DNA of 64,000 nucleotides from Oikopleura dioica (lineage: Eukaryota > Animalia > Chordata): the NCBI GenBank assembly GCA_907165135.1, contig OU015568.1, positions 11,222,001 through 11,286,000 of the forward strand, in the 5' to 3' direction. Shown here in pieces: positions 11,339 through 22,896 of the stretch. Each line of letters begins with the position of its first letter. Within the stretch, counting starts at the first letter, position 1. The notes below the pieces were generated by a model. It saw only the letters and a program-made list of their open reading frames with translations. It ran no database searches and was not told where the DNA came from. The position numbers were made by a program, and so were the translations under genes.

Positions 11339-12233
11339 TCAGGGAATGTGAGATCGAAGTTCTCGCTCGACGAAAGGTGATCGAGATAGTTGAGTCTCGA
11401 GCTTCTCCAAAGAACGGGAGAATGAGTGCTTCTTCTTCTGGGCTTTGTCTGGTTGCACGTCTAAAATTAAGAAGTAAATCTGATATTCAACATTCCCTGT
11501 AAGCTTACTCATGAGATAGATTGCCGCTTCATCTACAGTCCCGCACTCGATAAGAGCCATGTCAATTACGGCCTTGGAGTGTTCGGGAAAGAGATTCGCC
11601 AGCTGCTCATCGGGAGTTATTCTGATGGGAGCACGTTTCACTGGCTTATTCTTGCGTCTTGTTACTTCAGTCCAAGGGCCGGCTTCGGCTTCGGTCAAGA
11701 TCTTCTCTTGGAGCTCTTCTTTGTCGAAAATGTCTTTGTTAAGAGCTTGGTGGAAGTTTTGCGCGACCTCGTCATCGCTTGGTCGGGATGCAAAATCGAT
11801 TGACGGTTCTGGCTCTTCAAATGCATCCACGGTGACTCTCGCCGGAACGTTGAAGTTATCAACAAACTCGTCGAAATCATTGATCAGAACAGCGTCTTGA
11901 AAATCTTGGAACCGAATCAATTTTATGAAATTCAATGGTAATCTTACCAACGAGTCGCTGACGGAGCTTCTTTCGCTGGGACGAGAGCGCACTTGACCAG
12001 GATTCGAGCAGTTCTAAGGAAGATTCGATAGCGTCATCTGGGTCGTATCTATTATCCCCAAATGCTCTTACGATCTCGTTGGAAATGTCTATCAGCTCTG
12101 TGAGGCGGTTATTCGGAAGTACCAGATCATCTGAATAAGTGAATATTCACGAGAGCATGTAGATTTTCTACTTACACTTTTCGCAGAAGAGTTCGAGCAT
12201 CCTTATGAAGTATCTGGCGCCTTGACGTTCCAT
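11339..12233 (-). CDS. CUE-domain ubiquitin-binding protein, multi-exon
   Basis: DEQLANLFPEHSKAVIDMALIECGTVDEAAIYLM fits the CUE consensus (L..MFP......I...L....G.V..A...LL). Confidence 0.6.
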
Positions 12234-12447
12234 ACTAACAGATAAGTAAGCCGATTCTCTCTGTGACCCGTTTCTCGCCTCAACAAATCTACGAAAATTT
12301 TTTTTTAAATAAGCTGTTATCTTTCTCGAAATACTGCGCCGCTGGGACTATTTATGTTTCATCGAGAAGAATCTCACCGGCTGACGCAATGAGAGAATAA
12401 CAAGTTGATACAGAAAATAAAAGTCGGAAAAAGGAATTGATAAGGAT

Positions 12448-13959
12448 CTACTCAGAAGTGCACGAAGAAAAGTGAGCTGCGGCAACAGATGACCAATGAT
12501 CCTCCCATGAAATTCGCTCCTTCGCTAAATTCGAACGGTACTCACTGAATGGATGTCTGTTAGACTGAGAACTCTTAAAGCGTATATTGAAGGCTACATA
12601 AAGTAATTCTTACTCGATTCTAGAGGATTTGACTAAATGTTCACGGATGAGTTCTGCAAGTTCGTCTGACGAGTTGAAGATCTTTCCATTTTCGCCGTCT
12701 TTCACGAGCTCTGTTATAGCTTGAAAGTTGAGAGCAAAAGCTGGGCAGCCGGCGCCAAACATGTCGACAACTTTCATTGGAAGATCGCACCCAGACGATG
12801 AGGTGTGCAAAGAAACTCCTAAGTTATGTTCAGAAACAAAACCCTTCATTTTCATACCGAGCGTGGCCGAACCAAGAAGCTTTGGGTAATCTTCTACTTC
12901 AAGCCAAGGGGTCACAATTTCGATATTTTTCATTGCCAGTTTTTCAATCTTTTTCTTGTAAAAATTCTTTTGGGGCCCTTTGCCAGTTATAGCGACAATC
13001 AAAGAAATATTCTGGCTGTTGCAGATTTTTAGCGCTTCCAATAAAATTCCAAAATCTTCGTCTTCTGTCCAAGAAGTTGAGCTAACAATGAGTGGTTTTG
13101 TCAGCGCTGCTTTCAACTCTGGAATACTTTTTGAAATTCGCTGCAAAAATGCGATCCGTTCGTTTTCTTCTAATTTTTGGAATCTCGGATGCGGCTTGTC
13201 ATACAAAACTGAGATATACTGCGCTCCATGTGTTTCTAGCTCTCTTTTCATCGCCTGCGTAACGGTAAAATTTGAATCGGATAACCGCATCATCAGTTTT
13301 TCGTAAAACTCCGCGATTTTCACAAGCAGTCGATTAGCTTTCTGCACTTCCATTATTGAATACCCATAATTGTGCCAATCAATGACGAATTTCACATCAA
13401 ACAGCTGGCAGTAAACATAAACCACGAAAAGAGCAGGTATTGATGGCGGATTTTGAACGAGAAAATGAGCCGGTGAAGTCCCAGATTTTATGGAAGAAAT
13501 GACAAGACTGCAAGAAATTGCGATTGTTTGAAGGAAAGTTTTGATGATGTAGCGTAGAAGGTTGTTTTTGATGAATGCGCAGCGAAATGACGATAAAGAA
13601 CAGACATTCAAAGATCCTTGTTTTATGTATCCTTTCTTTCGGTTTAAAAAGTATTCGATTCTAAATAACGACATTTCGTATTTACTATATTTTCAACTTC
13701 CTTTACTACACGGCGGCAAAGACGACTCCACAAAACCAAATAATACTACCTTCTTCCCAGCTTTAATCAAACTAGCACACTGATTATACGTTCTTGGCGA
13801 GTGTCCTACATCCCCAAGGACCAAAACATAAACCAAACCTTCGTCCTGCTTCCTCGGATAAAACCAAATAAAACCAACGAGGAGAATTGCTTTGAAAATC
13901 AATGGAACCGGCGTTACAAGGCAAAGAATGCTTACGATTACGATGGACGAGATACTCAT
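12448..13959 (-). CDS. ALG1: Chitobiosyldiphosphodolichol beta-1,4-mannosyltransferase
   Basis: VLVLGDVGHSPR, VQNPPSIP, IDWHNYGYS, VSSTSWTEDEDF, ITGKGP, SLHTSSSGCDLPMKVVDMFG. Confidence 0.95.
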
Positions 13960-14747
13960 CTCTAAATGCGCATTTTTGCAACAAATGAAACGAGAACGGA
14001 TATTTTCAACTGTGAGTTTTTTCCAATAAGGCAGTGAGAAAAAATGATAAAATGTGTCCTAAGCAGGGGTGGATATTTTGATATCAAATCATTATTTCAA
14101 CCGTTTTTGATTTGAAATTTCAAAAGATAATCCTTTTTTCAACTCATTTTCGCAATTGCAAATTCATTTCAAATGATAATGACGCCGAGCCTTTTTTGAA
14201 ATTTTCAACTGTTTCATTTTGCATTTTGCGAAAGGTTTTCAAATCTGGACAGATTTTTCAATCTTTTTTCATTTTTCAAATCAATTTCAAATTGCTGAGC
14301 CTTGGAGGACACTGGAAGATACAATTGCGTTCAAGTTGATACCTCTTTAATGAAGAGGTATAAAAAGTGAAGTTAGACTCATAAATTATAGAAAAAAGGA
14401 AAATTTTCTTCAAAAGTACCAATTTTTGGTCGACTTCCCGAACTTTGTACCACCTCCGAGACCTTCCGGGACAAGGAATTCTTGCGCTCAAAATTACCGT
14501 CATAGACTGAGCTACACACTGGGACATGTGGGGCCACAGTTGCAAATTTGCGTAGCGGAGATAGCGAAGCTGACGGCTCCGCTACGGAAAAAAAAGTTTT
14601 TGCTCAGCTACAGTGAAGAAAATTCTGACCAGCTCCGCTACGGCCAAATAAATTTTCGCCAGCTTCGCTACGCTTAGCTAAACTTTCCTCTCAGCTCCGC
14701 TATCTAAGCTCAGCTACTGCTTTTTAAAAAGATAAGGCCCTTATATG

Positions 14748-15229
14748 CAGAGTTGCAAATTTTGCTTTATTTTTGCTGAGCTGAGCTAAGCTGACCCGAG
14801 TAAAAAGTTCTCTGAGCTGAGCGGAGCTGGCCTATTTCCAAGGTAACTGAGCTGAGCTGGCCTTCTTCAGAGGTCATTGAGCTGAGCTGAGCAGACTTTT
14901 TTTAAGGTAGTTTAGCTGACCTGAGCTGAGCGGACCCTAATTAGAGCTGAGCTGAGCTGTTTTTACTGTGTTTTAACCTTACCCCGCCAAATCGTCATTT
15001 TATCCTTACCCGCCAAAAACAACTCAGGAGGTGCATCCGTCATTCTAGCCATGCACCTCAGGAGGTGCATGCATTAATTCTCAAAATACGCCGATTTCCA
15101 AACCCTAACCCTAACCGAGAGTGCTAAAAGGATAACCAGGAGAAAGCTTATCGATAAAGAGGTCTACAGAGCTGAGCTGAGCATTTTCAAAAATCACTGA
15201 GTTGAGCTGATCTCCGTTTGCCCAACTTG
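14748..15229. repeat. (GCTGA)n repeat modules inside the hAT element
   Basis: Many GCTGAGCTGA runs, bounded by CAGAGTTGC.../...ACCCTA and ...CCCAACTTG ends. Confidence 0.8.
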
Positions 15230-15410
15230 GGGAAACAGCGACTTGGGCAAACAAAGACCAATCGAGAAATACCGAAAATTCGGTGGTATGCGGCCACCTG
15301 GGTTTACAAACCAAGGTTCTCAAAATGTCTAACCTGCCAGGGTTTACCAGTCCCAGGTCGTCGAATTCTGTAACCTGGATTTAGAAAATAATAGGTAGGC
15401 GACTTCTGAG

Positions 15411-15549
15411 CAGAGTTCCAAAACACGCGTGCGTCTGTGCGCACGCACTCGCACGCAGATTTTGAAAATTGGTGCGCACGCACACGCACGCGCACGCAAA
15501 GATTGAGATTGCGCACGCGTGCGTGATCGTGCGGGTGCTCGAAATCCTA
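15411..15549. repeat. GCGCAC/GTGCGC repeat module inside the hAT element
   Basis: CAGAGTTCC... then GCGCACGCAC repeats, ending ...CGAAATCCTA. Confidence 0.75.
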
Positions 15550-15873
15550 GAAAATTTGGCGTATTTAGGTGATTTATGCCGAAAAAATTCTTGAGTCAAT
15601 TAAATTGCATAAATTTACTTATGACACACGAATGCATTGAAGTGTGTCATATATGACACATTGTCGTCTGTAGGATTTTTTTCCGCCGGGGAAGAAATTG
15701 AATTTTCGGGTTGTGGGTCGGGTTTGGGTATCTGACTAGGTCTAAGTTCGGTCTTAGATTCTGCTTTGGGCACGAGCTTGTATTTAGCCCGGAGTTCGGC
15801 CTATAAAATGGCCCATATATGACACATTGTCGTCGGTTCGGGAAATTCTCGTTTGTCGTCGAAAGGTTAAGGA

Positions 15874-16311
15874 ATGAGCGGCCCGTCAGCTCGCTCAGCA
15901 CTACCGTCATTTCTAAAGACCGCTCAGCCGCTCGCTCAACTTGAGATCAGTGAGCGGTTGAGCGGTAAGTCAACACTTTCTTTAGTGTTTTTTGGAGAGT
16001 TAATGAAGAAAATAATAAAAGAAATTATTAGAATAATTGGTCAAAACAATTCTTACAGATTTTTTACACTCTTCAGCCGCATTTGGGAAATTTATGTCGG
16101 ACACTAGTCGACACTCAAAATAAAAACTGAAAAAATATTTTTTGAGGAGAAAAATACACTGCTTACAGTCCTCTTGCTCAAAGTCTGCTCGTTCAGCTCA
16201 CGGCTGTTTTTGTCAAAAGCTCAACCGCTCGCTCCGCTCAAAAATTTTAAGCGGTCGACCGCTCAACCGTTCGCTCAGCTCAACATTCTTTCGACGAAAG
16301 TTGGAACCCTA
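15874..16311. repeat. CCGCTC/GCTCA repeat module inside the hAT element
   Basis: Repeated GCTCAACCGCTCGCTC-type motifs, ending ...GTTGGAACCCTA. Confidence 0.7.
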
Positions 16312-16317
16312 ATTTCT

Positions 16318-16640
16318 TCAATCCTAGCTTCACCGACTTCAATCATAGCTTATCTAATGTCAATCCCAGGTTCTTCGACGTCAATCCCGGCTTCATTAGT
16401 TTCAATCTAGGTTTTACCAACGTCAATCTAATCTTGGAGAAGCCATGATCGACATTCAAGAAACAAATATAGAGAACTGAGAAGCCGGGACTGGCATCTG
16501 AGAAGCTAGTATTGAAGAAAGTGACGCCCGAATTGTTGTTTGAGTCACCAGGATTGACGTATGTATAGCGAGGATCGAAGTTATTGAAGCCGGGATGAAA
16601 TTTGGTGAAGCCGGGATTGGCTGTGGAGAAGCCAAGAAAA
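16318..16640. repeat. Degenerate 21-bp minisatellite in two inverted blocks
   Basis: TCAATC-units at 16318, 16339, 16360, 16381, 16402, 16423; reverse-complement GAAGCCGGGATTGA-type units at 16439-16628 with a 21-nt period. Confidence 0.85.
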
Positions 16641-17194
16641 TAAAGTTATATGATCAATCAATGAAAATTTGGTAAAGCAACTAACTCAAAAGAAAAAAAA
16701 AATCTCGCATTTCCCATCATCTTGAATCGGCAGAATCCTAAATTGGCGATTTGAGAAATACGGGATTTCAGAAATTTAAGATTTAAAAAATACGGGATTT
16801 TCGGAAATGCGGGAGTCAAAAAGGGATGGCAGGCGCGCTGAGTTTTTCCTTTGGCGCCTTCTTCAAATTTGAAACGATTCATTTTTTCAATTTCATTTTT
16901 CAAATTCCTTTCAAGTCGCTAAACAAGAAAAACTGATTGAAATGTCAATTATTGCAGTTTCAAATTCATTTCAAAACTCCGCACGAAGCTTTATCTTTTG
17001 AAAACGCTTTTTTTTCATTTTCAATGGATTTCAGTCATTGCATCGGCTTTTTCCTGCAATTTCAATTGAAATTTCAAATTTTGAAACGATGAAATAAATG
17101 ATTCGACAGTTTTGAAAAACTGGTTTGATATCAAAATATCCACCCCTGGTCCTAAGTGTAAGAGGTGAACATGTGACTGTCTTTGCGACTTTTC

Positions 17195-19086
17195 TTATCG
17201 CCATCGTTTTTGCTGTGGAATTTTCGAAGTGCCATTGAAGCTGGTAGTGCGCTGCTCAGCCCCGTAGCTCGCTCGGTGAATGATTCGCTTTGGCGAGTTT
17301 TGATGAATCTTTTGATAAAATGTCATGTTTGAAAACTTTTGATAGCTCTGAAAGGGAAGATTCGTAAGATTCAGGGGCATTTTTATTGATGAAACTTTAC
17401 CTTGTTGAGGGAGCTAAAAGTTGGCTGAGTAAGACGACTTTGTTGTCTCTGCTCCTCAGCTGAATCTTCCTCATCTTCGCTGTCAGTTATGTCATTGAAG
17501 AGCTCTTCAGAGTCTTTCGCAAGATGATCTCCTGTGTCCATGAAGTTGATCAGCTAAAAAATACGGTTAAAACCATCAAAAACCCAGTGAACTACCTTCG
17601 ATTGCGTATCCTTACTCAACTTGGATAGAACTTTCCAAGGATTTGGCGAATTTTGGATACTCTCTTTTAGCGCTTCAATCGCGTTATTCGTCTCTTTCTC
17701 GCCTTGCTCCTCATATTCAGCCATCGTGAGAAACTTCTTCTCTGGCGTTGTGTTTTCCTCACTGTTGCGCATAAATCCAAATCGCATGGGCAGTTTTCGA
17801 AGATTAGCGATGGGCGAAAAGAAATTTGGAGTTAGTGGCGTACTCGGCATGGATTTTGTAGCATTGAACTTTGGCGTGGAAGGTGGTGACTGTGAAAACT
17901 GGGTAGTGTTGAGACGTGATTTGACGTGAGAAGGTGATTTGTTGTAGGCAACGTTTTGAGTAAAAGTTCCATGTCTACGACCGTATTTCATCAATTCTCT
18001 GACAAGAACAACGGTGCCGATAAGAATATTGAGCTTGATGTTCCAAGAGGATATCACAATGAGCATCACTCCAATAAATTGCAGAAACCAACATGAAAGT
18101 TTCTTAATAAAAAATAAGAACTGGTCATTTTCTTTTCGTTAATTACCTGATATCTCGGATGTCTCAAACTATCTTCATACCAATAACAAGCTGCGAATGA
18201 CAACGATGCTGCGATGATTACGTATGCCATGACAACAATGGGATACGTCTCAATCAGCTCATACGCCTGGAGAAATTTCGTTAGTTGCATACGAGATTCA
18301 TTTGTTCTGGCTTACCTGCACGTAGAATTTGGACATAAAGTAAGTGACAAAAGTCGATCCGCCAAGAAAGATTCCCCAAAAAGAAACCATCCCTCGCTTG
18401 GGAATCATGATTTTTGTAACCACAAATAGAAGACCTAAAAGTGATGAGAATAATCAACTGTGAGTTCCTTACCGATTGCGAACATGACAACTCCCATCGA
18501 GATTCCACTGGCATAGTGGAACGCGATCTGTTCAGTGACCGAACGCGCTTTGAAGAAGATCCCCAATCCGATGATCAACGGAGCAACTCGCCAAAAAGAT
18601 AATAGCGAGAAGCCTGCTTTGTAGCACAGTTGCTCATTTGTTTGAAACAAGTTCTTCATTTTTTGGACGGAGAAATAGTGCTATAATCAATTTTTAAATT
18701 TTTAAATATTGAAGGTGTTCGACTGTCGAACTTCCACTTACATCATTAGTCGGATCAATCTCAAGGCTAATCTCAGTTTGCGGATCTGAGAAGAGCGCTT
18801 CCCAAAAGCTTCTCATTAGTCCAGGTCTATTCTGTTTCAGCTCTTGTGGCGAGTTGCCATGTGTTATTCGAAGCGGAGTCTTTTTTGACTTTGTGTGGAA
18901 TTTCACATAAGTAGCACCTGAATAATCGATGATATGAAATTTCTTGAACAAGTGCCTACCAAATGCGGTAAATCCAAGTCCACCTTTCGCCCGGGAAATA
19001 GTCACAATGTCCCATTCTCCATTTTCAAGCGGATTGACGCATTTGTCCAGTGCATAACTGGCACTTACCAGGAGCGCCAAAAGCAT
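17195..19086 (-). CDS. NEMP1: Nuclear envelope integral membrane protein (NEMP/TMEM194 family), multi-exon
   Basis: Signal peptide; FHYASGISMGV, YVIIAASLSFAACYWY, KFLTMAEYEEQGEKETNNAIEALKE..NPWKVLSKL. Confidence 0.85.
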
Positions 19087-19198
19087 CCCTGGGACTTTTT
19101 CCAATTATTCTGAAAACGCAGCTTTTTATATGGGAAAATCACATGAGAGAATGTTGCTATTCAGTTGGCAGTAACTGTACAGTTCATCACAGTAAACA

Positions 19199-20597
19199 TC
19201 AATCGTCGTGTCGAGATCGTTTCGCGTATCGGTCTGCTTTATCCGAATCGCGCATCATTTTTCTAAAGTCATTCTCAATCATGACTTCTCCTTGATTTCT
19301 TACCTCTTTCGTGCGCCTCCTTCTTCAACGCGCTTTCCGTAACCACCACGGCCAGGGTCGTAGTCAGTTCGGTACTCATCTCGCACTTGGCCACCAGTCT
19401 TTCCTCGGCCATACTGACGGCCCTCTGAATTACAGTTAAGTTTACTTCTAGAATAACTATGTTTTCGGGGAATAACTTTCTTTGGTATTTTTAGTTTTGG
19501 ATGGATGCCCCAGAAATGGATGTAGAATTCTTGTAAAATTGGATCATTTCTAAGAAAAATTTTGCTATCAATTTTGCATCCCTCGAATTAGATTTCAAAG
19601 TCTCCGTCGAACAGGCGTCATTGACGTCTGTTGAGAAGGAGAGTACCTACGAATCAACAAGAGAAATCAATCTTCAAACAGTAAGTCGGCCGAAAAATCA
19701 GATTTATCAAATTGAGCATGAGTACGAACTGAAGCCTCTTAGCAGCTTCACGAAAGATTTGAATATTGAATCTGGTAGAAGGGGTAACTTTGGGCGAAAA
19801 GATTGGCTTAACGATGAGGAATACGAAAAGGAAGAAGTCAGAAGAACAACAAGACTCTTCCGAGATTTCGACGGAAAACCTCTCGCGCAACATATCAGAT
19901 ATGCATGCTGTGGAAACGCCGAGTAAGTTTACCATGAATTAGCGTTCAGAAATTGTTAATTAAGGGTCCCCTGGTTCTGGATCATTTCAGGAATAATAAT
20001 TGTTGCTATTGTTGGTACTTTGGTCACGCTTTCAATCGTGTTCAAAAAAGATTGATTTCAACTGTTTTGAATCCAATAAAATATATATTTAAATTTTAAC
20101 GCCGGTATTTACCTACGAATCCAGCATCCCAATCAGTACGAATGATTCGATCATCAAGTCGGGTTCCGTTAACCCATCGCAAGCAGTTTTCCGCCGATTT
20201 CCGATTGTAGTACTCAGCGAAGCAGAAGCCACACGGTGTCTATAAAATCATTAGATCTAGCCAAGTGAGAAAGGAACTTACTCGTTTGACCTTGTCCAAT
20301 CCCATGATCACGCGCTTCAGGTCGCCGCATTTACCAAAGAGCTCGGTAAGCTGCTCTTCGGTGGTGTAGAAACTCAAGTTTCCAACATACAGAGTCGACG
20401 AGGTGTTGAGCAGACGATCTTGTTCTTTGCGCGTTCCCTATTATGAGATAGACTGGTATGAAGCTAAAAAGCTTTACCTTGAACTGGTTGTCTCTGTAGG
20501 CAGACACTTCGATAGAGGGGTCAGCCTTGAGCGGGCGAAGGAGCCGTCGGCCCTTGCCAATTCGACTCTCGAGGGTGATCTGCCCAAACTCTGTCAT
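19199..20597 (-). CDS. NCBP2: Nuclear cap-binding protein subunit 2 (CBP20), multi-exon
   Basis: [70 protein letters not shown]. Confidence 0.96.
19501..20055 (+). CDS. Putative tail-anchored membrane protein nested antisense in an NCBP2 intron
   Basis: TTTTTAG acceptor before ATG 19501; GT-AG introns 19522-19554 and ~19923-19964; ends [29 protein letters not shown]; AATAAA at 20075. Confidence 0.6.
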
Positions 20598-20701
20598 CTG
20601 AAGTATTTCGAGTTAATCTCCAGCGAGTTCTTATTAAATGAGGTTATCGTTTGAGTAGAGTCAGCAGTTGAAAGCAGCGTAAAAATCGAGAACTGGAGAT
20701 A

Positions 20702-21874
20702 CTAGTTTTTCTTTCGATAAAACTGCTTCTCCCAGATTGGGGCTTTTTCTTCGTCAGATGAAATTGAGATGGTCTGCACTCTGCCTCTCACATCATCTCC
20801 GACTTGAGACTTTTTCGAAGCGACCTTTTTATGGGGAGTATTGTATCCGTTCTGATGGAGAACTCGATTGAAATTCTCGAGCTTCTCAATGTTTTCATCC
20901 TTTGCTTGTAACTCTTTCATGTGCTTCTCTCGATCTGCCGCTAGTTTAGCTATTTGACTGTCGATTTCAGCAACAGTTTTGATGATCTTGTCTAAAAGAT
21001 CAGGTTTAAAATCTTATTCTTCACGCTTTCCTACCTTTCTCGTCTTTAAGAGTCTGAAGCCTTGAACGATTTCTTTCGAGCTGTTCTTTCTTCTTGGATT
21101 CCCTTTCTCGGAGAACTTCTGATCTTGACTGTTGAACAGTATTACTTTGGTTCATCGGCTCTCCTTTAACAGGTCGGTTTGAAGAATTGTCAACATCCAT
21201 GGGGCTAGAGACACCTGGACTTTTCTTGCCTTTACTCTTCTTTCTTGATTTCTCGCTATTCTTTCGATCTCGTCTTTTTTCTCTTTCAATATTTTCGAAT
21301 TCCTTTTTCAGTCCTAAATCAACGACTCGGACACCAGGATTTCCAGAATCTGCTGCATCATCTTTAATTTTAATTACGCTTTCGGAGTTCTTCTTCTTGC
21401 GCCTCTTCGATCTTCTTCCTGAAGCTTCATCGTCGGACGAATCCCTCTTTTCGGTTTTCAGAGTGTTCGCTGATACAGACATCTTAACCGTAGGTTTCTG
21501 TTTTGGTCGGTGTAGCACTTGCAAAAAACCGTCATCAGAGCTGTCTGAGTCTGCAAAATCTTTCTTCTTTTTCTTTTCAACTTTGAAAAACATCAGTAAA
21601 AATAGAATAAAGGATTTTTCTTACGATTTTCAAGCTCAATTCTGTTCTGCCTCCGACGACTCTTCGCGATTAATTGATTTGCCCTCATGTCATATTTGTG
21701 ACTGGAGCCAAGGGCATCTGATGCATATTTTTGCGTTTTCTTGATGAAAATCTCCTCGCCCTTCTACTCTTATTTCTGTCAAAAACTCAAGGTTAAAGTG
21801 AGAGACATTACCTTTTCGCTCTCAATCGCGGCTGTAAGAGGCTCATCATCTGAGTCTGATGGCATGCAGTGCAT
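20702..21874 (-). CDS. Uncharacterised Lys/Ser/Asp-rich coiled-coil protein, multi-exon
   Basis: Exons MPSDSDDEPLTAAIESEK, 21021-21593 and 20702-20990 joined by short GT-AG introns; NLS-like basic runs. Confidence 0.6.
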
Positions 21875-21977
21875 ATTTCTCTGTTTTTGATTTCTAAATA
21901 GGGATAAAATGAGGCGCTTCTTTATTTATTTCGTATGAATTTTATTCAATAAATAGCAGACAAGTCAGAATTTGAAT

Positions 21978-22805
21978 CTAGGAATATTTGATTTCGGTTC
22001 CAGGAGCAGGTGCATTGTATGGCAAAGGAACATCGTACGAGGGCTTGTGCGCTCTTCCTTCGCTATCAGTCCAGCCGGGCATGCCATAGTCGCCAAAGTT
22101 GATGTTCAGTCGGGGCTGGCCGTTCTTTGAGTTTTGCATGTATCTTTTGATCATTTCCATATTTGAAAAACGATGAGGTTGATTTACCTGTCGACTTTGT
22201 TTTCGAGCATCATCTTCTGGTTTCCAGGAGAGAAAAATCGCTTCATGTAAAGATCAGTTCGTTTATCGGTCCAAGGAGCGCCATGAGTGACTCCATCTTC
22301 CTCACTAGAAAAAGTTATAATGAAGGGCCACACAGAGAATGAAGGCTTACCGGAAGACCTGGTGGTACATATTTCTGTTTCCATGCATGTTTGTGATGAC
22401 TTTGGAAAGCTCAGTGTGATGGTAGTAAGCTGAGTTGCACATCATTGGGTTATCAAGGTAGGGATCTTGGACGAGGTAAGTAAACTCGGGGTGGACTTGG
22501 GCAACGTAGTACTTGTGCCACATGAAGAAGAGACCAACGTAGAGGAAGATCAAACCGTAGGCGATTTCTGGCATTCTTGTGAAGTATCTCTAGAAGTCAA
22601 GATCAAAATCAGTCGGTGAAAAGCGAACTCGACTTACAGCAATTCGAGTACCCCACTGGTCGGGCATAACAGCGCGGTTGTCAGCCCATTTTGGTCGGTA
22701 GACAACGAAGGATCGTCTTGGAGCCGCCAAAAACGGTCTCACGGCACCTTGAGAACGGCTTCCGACGTTCACAGGTCTCGACAAAACCGCTCTTGCGAGA
22801 GACAT
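21978..22805 (-). CDS. Mitochondrial single-TM protein, possibly a divergent complex I subunit NDUFB5
   Basis: Presequence MSLARAVLSRP...APRRSFVV; TM IAYGLIFLYVGLFFMW; only weak resemblance to NDUFB5. Confidence 0.5.
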
Positions 22806-22896
22806 TCTGATTTGTAAATTTGAGTATTTTATTTGCGACAGATATCCTTTTATAAGTGAGCTGAATGAGAATAACGGAAATGAACAAACACACAGT

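Larger units (their letters stand above)
14064..17148. mobile_element. Non-autonomous composite hAT-type DNA transposon (3085 bp)
   Basis: 25-bp perfect TIR CAGGGGTGGATATTTTGATATCAAA at both ends; 8-bp TSD GTCCTAAG at 14056-14063 and 17149-17156; TTTCAA-rich subterminal regions; no transposase ORF. Confidence 0.92.

Noticed and set aside
15101-15116. AACCCTAACCCTAACC, telomere-repeat-like
   Set aside because: Only about 2.5 units, and it coincides with a hAT-like TAGGG terminus; too little to call an interstitial telomere.
16318-16640. Regularly spaced repeats resembling a CRISPR array
   Set aside because: Degenerate 21-bp tandem units without unique spacers, eukaryotic context, no cas genes.
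14064-17148. Short ORFs inside the hAT element as a possible transposase
   Set aside because: All under 90 aa, repeat-derived, with no BED, DDE or hATC motifs.
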